Assembly (NCBI GenBank): GCA_964418005.1
Contig: CAYQJY010000001.1
Span: 1-31,334, forward strand
Reading direction: 5' to 3'
DNA length: 31,334 bases
Origin: an uncultured Candidatus Peribacteria bacterium
Lineage (GTDB): Bacteria; Patescibacteriota; Gracilibacteria; Peribacterales; Peribacteraceae
Shown one piece after another: positions 25,829 through 31,334 of this stretch (the stretch's first letter is position 1; every line of letters starts with the position of its first letter). Position numbers and translations under genes: made by a program. The notes below the pieces were generated by a model that saw only the letters and a list, made by a program, of their open reading frames with translations, did no database searches and was not told where the DNA came from.

Positions 25829-25877
25829 CGAGCCTTTTGTATTAAGAGAAATGTACTTCTTGCCATTAGCGACAGCT

Positions 25878-25905
25878 GTCATGGTGAGCGGAGCCGAACC
25901 ATGAC
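25878..25905 (-). repeat. REP-like hairpin GTCATGG-TTCGGCTCCGCTCA-CCATGAC (inverted partner)
   Basis: Perfect 7-bp stem; loop is the reverse complement of 25806-25819. Confidence 0.8.
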
Positions 25906-25969
25906 GCGATGTTACATTTAATTGTTTCCACCGTAGAGTAGAGTGTTTCTACCTCTTCCCTTTCTCTCT

Positions 25970-26719
25970 ATGGATGGATCTCGATTCAGTACAGCTCATG
26001 GGCTCATCGTCGCGGTTGCCGTCGGCGGTGCGTTCTTCCTTGCCGGTAAGCACATCGACCGGCAGCCGGTGCCTATTGCGCCCGGCACGATCACCGTGAC
26101 CGGTGAAGGCAAAGTCTCCGTCGCGCCCGACATTGCCGAAATGAGTTTCGGTGTCACGACCGGCGTGAAAGCGACGTCGAAGGAAGCAAGCGCGTCGATC
26201 ACGAAGAGCATGAACGAAGTTCTCGCTGCAGTGAAAGCCCTCGGCATCGAGGATAAAGACATTCGAACGGAGTCCTTTTACCTGAACCCGAGTTACGACT
26301 GGAATGACGGGCGTCAGCGCTTGCGTGGCTACGAAGCGACGCAGAGTCTGCGCGTGAAGGTCCGCGATCTCGCGAAGGTCGGCGATGTGCTCACAGCAGC
26401 GACCGAGGCGGGTGCAAATCAAGCGGGTGGCGTTGAGTTCACGCTCGAGGATCCGGATGCGAAGCAGACCGAAGCGCGCACCGAAGCAATTGCTGATGCG
26501 AAGGGTAAGGCAGAGGCGCTGGCCGCACAGCTTGGTGAGAAATTGGGTGACGTCCAGAGCTTCAACGAGAATGGTGGCGGATGGTACCCACGTCCGATGA
26601 TGATGGCGAAAGCGGAGTATAGCATGGGTGGTGCGCCGATGGACGACGAGGCAATGGCGATGCCGGCAGGGGAGGAAGACATCACCATCAGCGTCTCGAT
26701 CACCTACGAGCTTCGATAA
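25970..26719 (+). CDS. SIMPL-domain (DUF541) protein with N-terminal membrane anchor
   Basis: ITVTGEGKVSVAPDIAEMSFGV, DIRTESFYLNPSY, GANQAGGVEFTL, ARTEAIADAKGKAEALA, ISVSITYEL. Confidence 0.92.
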   Translation: MDGSRFSTAHGLIVAVAVGGAFFLAGKHIDRQPVPIAPGTITVTGEGKVSVAPDIAEMSFGVTTGVKATSKEASASITKSMNEVLAAVKALGIEDKDIRTESFYLNPSYDWNDGRQRLRGYEATQSLRVKVRDLAKVGDVLTAATEAGANQAGGVEFTLEDPDAKQTEARTEAIADAKGKAEALAAQLGEKLGDVQSFNENGGGWYPRPMMMAKAEYSMGGAPMDDEAMAMPAGEEDITISVSITYELR

Positions 26720-26730
26720 TTCGTAAACTC

Positions 26731-26756
26731 CCGGAGGGCGTAAAACCGCCCTCCGG
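26731..26756. terminator. GC-rich hairpin after the SIMPL gene
   Basis: Perfect 10-bp stem CCGGAGGGCG/CGCCCTCCGG with TAAAAC loop. No U-tract, so terminator function is uncertain. Confidence 0.45.
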
Positions 26757-26907
26757 AGCCATAAATCCGGGTCTTAGAGCCTTGTTTTTGTTGCCATTTC
26801 CTGTTAAAAGCATCGCAATCGCTCGCGGTCACCGCGAACGGCTTTTCTTGGTGTTCAGGCGCGCGCCTGAACGTTCACATCACCGCCGTACAAGCAAGGA
26901 ATGGCGA

Positions 26908-27336
26908 ATGAAGATTCTGTTTTGGATCGTGGTTTCCTCATCCGGGGCCACAGTCGAACTGATGCAGTGCGCCGGAAAGCGCACGCTGGAGCAGGGGGAA
27001 TCGCAGATACCCGTCGAGTGTATGCATCTTTTTCGCGCCGAAGTGATCCCGATTGGGGTTGACCGGCCGTCGATCGATGCGTTGGTCAAACGGCTGATTG
27101 CCATCGGTCACGCCGAGGCAGCGGCCCGTGTAAACCCCGAAGATCCCTACCCGCCGCTCATGCAACTCGTGATGAGCGAGAGCGAGGTGCGCACGCTGGA
27201 ATGTCTGCTGAATGTCCGCGCAGGATTGGAACTGGATAGGGTGCCCATTACGCGTGACAAGATGTTGCGCACTCTGGAGCGCCTGCGTAAATGCGGGCGT
27301 ACCCTGTATGACCTGAACACTGCGAAGGCAGCGTAA
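26908..27336 (+). CDS. Orphan hypothetical protein (142 aa)
   Basis: SD AAGGA 7 nt before ATG 26908 (track ORF from 26782). No motif recognised. Confidence 0.6.
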   Translation: MKILFWIVVSSSGATVELMQCAGKRTLEQGESQIPVECMHLFRAEVIPIGVDRPSIDALVKRLIAIGHAEAAARVNPEDPYPPLMQLVMSESEVRTLECLLNVRAGLELDRVPITRDKMLRTLERLRKCGRTLYDLNTAKAA

Positions 27337-27362
27337 GGAAAACAGAGAGGAACGAGTACGGC

Positions 27363-27401
27363 GGTGCAAGCACTCTCTTGGATTCAGGAGGGTGCTTCAC
27401 C
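27363..27401. other. Long hairpin downstream of the orphan gene
   Basis: GGTG-C-AAGCACTCTCTTG/CAGGAGGGTGCTT-CACC pairs about 17 bp with two G-U pairs and one bulge. Confidence 0.5.
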
Positions 27402-27448
27402 ATGCAAAATCTTCCACAACACTTCCGGAAGTTTTCCACATTCGATCC

Positions 27449-27493
27449 ACACTTCGACCCTTCGGCAAGCTCAGGGCAGGCTAGGCTCAGTGT
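27449..27493 (+). repeat. Nested pair of REP-like elements (CCC-TTCGGCAAGCTCA-GGGCAGG inside ACAC-TTCGAC|TAGGCTCA-GTGT)
   Basis: Removing 27459-27481 restores an outer TTCGACTAGGCTCA loop with an ACAC/GTGT stem. Confidence 0.65.
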
Positions 27494-27621
27494 AAACAGT
27501 GCCCTTGGCAGGGGTGTGAGCTCATACACCTATAGGCGCGGTTTACCATGAGCGAATTTCCTGCGAATGCAGGAAATAAGTCGAATGGTGGACGATCTTC
27601 CTCGCTATACTGGGCGGACTC

Positions 27622-29073
27622 ATGACCCGAACGCGTTCCACCGTTGCAGATGTGCAGCAGCATGCCGAACAGAGCGAAGAGCGGATCTTTGCGGGGCTGA
27701 CGCGCGCAACACTCGATACGGCGAACCAATCTGCCTATGCAGACGGTGCCGAACGAGGTGTGAGCGATGCGCTCGTGCGGCGTATTTCGTCTGATAAGAA
27801 CGAGCCAGCCTGGATGCTCGAGCACCGCCTGAAATCGTTGCAGGTGTTTCGTGAGAAGGCGATGCCGTCGTTCGGGCCCGACCTCTCCGCGCTCGATCTC
27901 GAGAACATCATCTACTACGCGCGAGCAGGTATTGAGAATACGACCGACTGGAAGGAAATCCCCGAGGACGTTCGTAACGTGTACGACCGTATCGGGATCC
28001 CAGAAGCAGAGCGACGCGTGCTCGCGGGTGTCGGTGCGCAGTACGAGAGCGAAGTGATCTACCACTCACTAAAGAAGGAGTGGGAAGCGAAGGGTGTGAT
28101 CTTCCTCGACATGGACGATGCCGTGGAGCGGCACCCGGACTTGGTGCGTGAATACTTCATGAAGTGCGTCCCGATGACCGACCATAAGTTTACGGCGTTG
28201 CATGGCGCTGTCTGGAGTGGGGGAACGTTCCTCTATGTTCCTGCAGGAGTAGAGGTCAAAGAGCCTCTCCAGGCCTATTTCCGCATGAATGCGAAGAACA
28301 TGGGTCAGTTCGAGCACACACTGATCGTGGTCGAAGAGGGTGCCAAGGTGCATTACATCGAAGGCTGCAGCGCCCCGAAATATGGTAGTCACGCATTGCA
28401 CGCAGGACTTGTGGAAGTGTTCGTGAAACCCGGTGCGACAGCGCGCTACTCGAGTGTCGAGAACTGGAGCCGTGATACCTACAACCTGAATACGAAGCGT
28501 GCGATCGTGGAACGCGACGCGACGATGGAGTGGATTGGGGGAAACATGGGCAGCGGCGTCACGATGCTCTACCCGTGTTCGATGCTCGTCGGCGAACACG
28601 CACGCTGCGATCACCTTGCGGTCGCATTCGCGAATAAGGGCCAATGGCAGGACACAGGCGCGAAAGTAATGCACTTAGCATCGCATACAACCTCGCGTGT
28701 CACGAGCAAATCGATCTCCAAAGCCGGAGGCGTGGCTGTGTATCGGGGCAAACTCGTGATTGCACCAAATGCTTGCGATTGCACAGCTCAGGTAGAGTGC
28801 GATGCGCTCTTGCTCGATGATATCAGTCGCACCGATACGATCCCGGACATCAACGTCCGCAATGACGATGTCACGATCGCACACGAAGCAACCGTCGGAA
28901 AACTCTCCGAAGAAGATGTGTTCTACATCATGAGCCGTGGGCTTAACGAAGAAGAAGCGCAGGCCATGATTGTGAATGGATTCCTCGAGCCGATTGTCCG
29001 CGAGCTGCCGCTCGAATACGCCGTTGAATTAAACCGCCTCATCGAATTAGAAATGGAGGGGAGTGTGGGGTAA
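27622..29073 (+). CDS. sufB: Fe-S cluster assembly scaffold SufB
   Basis: GVGAQYESEV, NSAVWSG-like HGAVWSGGTF, GQFEHTLI, YIEGCSAP, YNLNTKR, DTGAK, CDALLL, HEATVGK, FYIMSRG, ELPLEYAVELNRLI. Confidence 0.97.
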   Translation: MTRTRSTVADVQQHAEQSEERIFAGLTRATLDTANQSAYADGAERGVSDALVRRISSDKNEPAWMLEHRLKSLQVFREKAMPSFGPDLSALDLENIIYYARAGIENTTDWKEIPEDVRNVYDRIGIPEAERRVLAGVGAQYESEVIYHSLKKEWEAKGVIFLDMDDAVERHPDLVREYFMKCVPMTDHKFTALHGAVWSGGTFLYVPAGVEVKEPLQAYFRMNAKNMGQFEHTLIVVEEGAKVHYIEGCSAPKYGSHALHAGLVEVFVKPGATARYSSVENWSRDTYNLNTKRAIVERDATMEWIGGNMGSGVTMLYPCSMLVGEHARCDHLAVAFANKGQWQDTGAKVMHLASHTTSRVTSKSISKAGGVAVYRGKLVIAPNACDCTAQVECDALLLDDISRTDTIPDINVRNDDVTIAHEATVGKLSEEDVFYIMSRGLNEEEAQAMIVNGFLEPIVRELPLEYAVELNRLIELEMEGSVG

Positions 29074-29096
29074 TTCCCCATTCGTCGAACATATCG

Positions 29097-29124
29097 AAAA
29101 AGCCACCGGTGTAACCCAGTGGCT
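29097..29124 (-). terminator. Intrinsic terminator of the minus-strand orphan gene
   Basis: Minus strand AGCCACTGG-GTTACA-CCGGTGGCT-TTTT, 9-bp stem with one G-U. Confidence 0.7.
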
Positions 29125-29133
29125 CTGTGGCTG

Positions 29134-29706
29134 CTAGACGGAAGGCAGCACTTCATGCGACGGCTTGCCCTGGGCAAGCCATTGGCTCATGATCGCATCG
29201 ATATCCATATCATCTCGAAACTGGATGCCTGACTGACCTTCGTAGCCAGTCAGACCGTCAGTCATGCTGAGGATGAGCGATCGCGCCATCCACGTATCGA
29301 CGAGCGCCGTGAGCGCGTCCGTAATATTCGGTCCGCGGTATGAAAACCAGCCCTCGCCGTCGGTGTTGGTGGTCCAGAGGACAGGGAACTCCCGGTCCTC
29401 CTCCCTCTGCAGGTGTGTGCGGGGCTTCTCCCAGCGCCCGCTGTTTGTGGTGTGGTACCACGCCGTTCCCGCGAGGAAGGCACGCCTCGACGTCCCCATT
29501 TGGGACGTCACAGTAGAAAAGATCGCGGGGACTCCGATGTCGAAATCGTTGTACCCCACCCCGGCGGTGGAAACCTTCCGGTACCGCGTTCCCAGCGAAC
29601 ACAAAACGTCTGCTCTACAAGACAGGGCACCCAACGCAGCGGCAACCCGCCTCTGCTCGCCGATTGCCTTGCCGTCCTCGTACATTTCGACAAACATGGT
29701 GGCCAT
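29134..29706 (-). CDS. Orphan hypothetical protein (190 aa)
   Basis: SD AAGGAGG 5 nt before ATG 29706. Has its own consensus promoter and terminator. No motif recognised. Confidence 0.75.
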   Translation of the reverse strand: MATMFVEMYEDGKAIGEQRRVAAALGALSCRADVLCSLGTRYRKVSTAGVGYNDFDIGVPAIFSTVTSQMGTSRRAFLAGTAWYHTTNSGRWEKPRTHLQREEDREFPVLWTTNTDGEGWFSYRGPNITDALTALVDTWMARSLILSMTDGLTGYEGQSGIQFRDDMDIDAIMSQWLAQGKPSHEVLPSV

Positions 29707-29781
29707 TTTAGCCTCCTTCATTTTGTGCTTCACAACACTCACCAAGTCGACATGACCGATGCAGTGCAATGAGCTTAATAC

Positions 29782-29810
29782 ATTTTAATATAATTTATTA
29801 TTTATGTCAA
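29782..29810 (-). promoter_or_regulatory. Consensus sigma70 promoter TTGACA-N17-TAAAAT
   Basis: TTGACA at 29810-29805, 17-nt spacer, TAAAAT at 29787-29782 in a very AT-rich stretch. Confidence 0.8.
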
Positions 29811-29936
29811 ATATATTTTCCAATGCTTCTATAGCGAATAAAGGCATTTTTAGCTGGCGCATTCATTGAACGTCCAACCATCGCCATGGTCCATGAAACG
29901 TCGGGGCTCGCGGGGGATCAACTGAAGTACTCCTAA

Positions 29937-30566
29937 TTACTTCGGCTTCCGCGGCGCTGTTCTTTCCCACTCAGGATCGCTTTCGACATGGTCCTTGAGC
30001 CGTTCGTAGGAACGATCGAATTGCGGGAGAAATATTTTGAAAGGTTCGAACGACCAGCGCGCGCTATTACAAGCCGAAAGGATCGGCCATAGCCGCGTGG
30101 CGAACGCGAGCGGGTCCGTCTCAATTTGTCCGATGTCGTGCACGAGTCCCCACGCCTTGTTCTGTAGCGTCCGGTCTTTCAATGCTTTCGGTAAATCATG
30201 TTGGTTCGCGATTTGACGAAGGAAAATATCGATCCATTTTTTCTCGCTGCGCAGGAGTAGGTCGATTCCTTTCGTTCCAGGCGCGTCCGGCTCTTCGAAG
30301 TACATCGGCGCTGAATGCATTCACGTTGCACATGCGTTTTTCGTCGATCATCATCCGCGCATGCTTCAGCACCCACTCGTGGTGTGGCGTCGGCGGAGTT
30401 TCTGGTTGCTCCATCACCGCGACGGCGTCGGTCCGCGCGTCGAACTGCGCAGCATCGATGTCGGGAAGCGGCGCGACATGCGTACCTGTTTCCATGTTCG
30501 ACAACGAGCTGTTGTCCTCGAACGTGAATTCTTTCTGGCCGGGCGAGATGCGTGAGCGTTTGCCAT
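29937..30566 (-). pseudogene. Probable frameshifted hypothetical gene, or two overlapping small genes
   Basis: TGG-TATACT lies 8 nt before ATG 30566, but that frame closes after 50 codons. Protein-like text continues in the 30196..30504 frame and then the 29937..30320 frame, which overlap by 125 nt. Confidence 0.4.
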
Positions 30567-30652
30567 ATCTTCATAGTATACCATATTGGCCAATAGATTC
30601 AATATTTAAGAGAAGATGACGAAATTGAAGGAATCCGTCACACTGTCCGCTC

Positions 30653-31334
30653 ATGACGATCGTCCTGCCCGCCGTCGGCACCGCATGGGAGCGTCACGAC
30701 GTTCCCCGCGGAGTGTGTTTCGCCGCGTCCGCGCGGCCCGGTACGACATTGAAGATGTTCTTGGTGTTGCCCGACGACGGCGACACTTGCATCGATGCGT
30801 CGGTGGGCGAGGGCGCGACGCTAGAAATCATCACGCTCCAAGAGGGTGCGACGGGCACGGTGAACGCGCACGGACGCATCGCCTCCGGTGGAGTCCTCCG
30901 CTGGAGGCCCGTCACGATCGGCGGTGCAGTAGCGCATACGATCCACTCGGAGTGCATCGGGGACGGCGCCACGAGTGCGGCATCGTGGATCACAGTCGCG
31001 CGTAGTGGTGAGTACCCTCAGGCGATTATTCGCAATGCCTTTGAAGCAAGAAATGGAGCAGGGGAGGTGGCGATGCGTGCGGTTGCGCTCGCGAAAGGGC
31101 AAGCACTCCTCGACGGCCGCATCGAAATCGGCTTGGGTGGCGGTGGCACGCAGACGTATCTTACCCAGGAGGCCCTCATGCTCGATTCGTCGGCGAAAAT
31201 CGATGCTATTCCGGGATTGGAGATCAAGACGAACGATGTGAAGGCCAGTCACTCTGCGACAGTTTCGCGTGTGAACCCGGAGGATCTCTTCTATGCGGGT
31301 TCCCGCGGCATTACGCCGGATGCCGCTCGACGAT
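30653..31334 (+). CDS. sufD: Fe-S cluster assembly protein SufD (N-terminally short); runs off the right window edge
   Basis: Hand translation from ATG 30653: ...GRIEIG.GGGGTQTYLTQEALMLDSSAKIDAIPGLEIKTNDVKASHSATVSRVNPEDLFYAGSRGI... In-frame TGA at 30626 limits upstream extension. Not in the ORF track. Confidence 0.88.
   Translation, partial: MTIVLPAVGTAWERHDVPRGVCFAASARPGTTLKMFLVLPDDGDTCIDASVGEGATLEIITLQEGATGTVNAHGRIASGGVLRWRPVTIGGAVAHTIHSECIGDGATSAASWITVARSGEYPQAIIRNAFEARNGAGEVAMRAVALAKGQALLDGRIEIGLGGGGTQTYLTQEALMLDSSAKIDAIPGLEIKTNDVKASHSATVSRVNPEDLFYAGSRGITPDAARR

Noticed and set aside
27548-27625. 25-codon ORF (MSEFPANAG…YWADS) ending in an ATGA overlap with sufB
   Set aside because: No SD or -10 at its start, and the sufB -10 lies inside it; probably chance, so not called a leader peptide.
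29937-30566. All in-frame stops between ATG 30566 and the 127-aa ORF are TGA, suggesting UGA recoding (code 25/4)
   Set aside because: The read-through text is Arg/Ser/Thr-rich shadow sequence, and the TGAs arise from NTG-A codon junctions of the neighbouring frame. Elsewhere TGA clearly terminates genes (ppi, TGATG and GTGA overlaps), so code 11 holds.

Overview
A GC-rich bacterial chromosomal segment read with genetic code 11. It has no rRNA, tRNA, CRISPR array, integrase or transposase that I can recognise. Gene content and style (TrmB-type regulator, CPR-type PH-domain membrane protein, mostly SD-less starts) suggest Patescibacteria/CPR, plausibly Peribacteria/Peregrinibacteria; this is inference, not a database result. 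Housekeeping genes are dnaE, a two-OB-fold ssb, murB, gltX, a lipoprotein cyclophilin, murG, ftsW, lspA, a [2Fe-2S] ferredoxin, a SIMPL protein and sufC/sufB/sufD. The best candidate for an undescribed system is an 8.7-kb operon (4375-13111, minus strand) of five translationally coupled, exported, cysteine-rich proteins. One is a lipoprotein and one is an 847-aa protein with an HExxH...E zinc-protease motif. Other notable signals: (1) a dispersed REP-like hairpin family with conserved TTCG...CTCA loop ends, copies of which sit on both sides of that operon; (2) a near-universal -10 box 6-10 nt before housekeeping start codons (leaderless-type), including one palindromic -10 shared by divergent ftsW and lspA, while interspersed orphan genes use canonical SD sites; (3) a perfect 20-bp operator-like palindrome at the TrmB gene; (4) a degenerate DnaE PHP site; (5) a suf operon split by orphan insertions, with an N-terminally shortened SufD. 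Two edge genes missing from the ORF track (1-339 and 30653-31334) were translated by hand.
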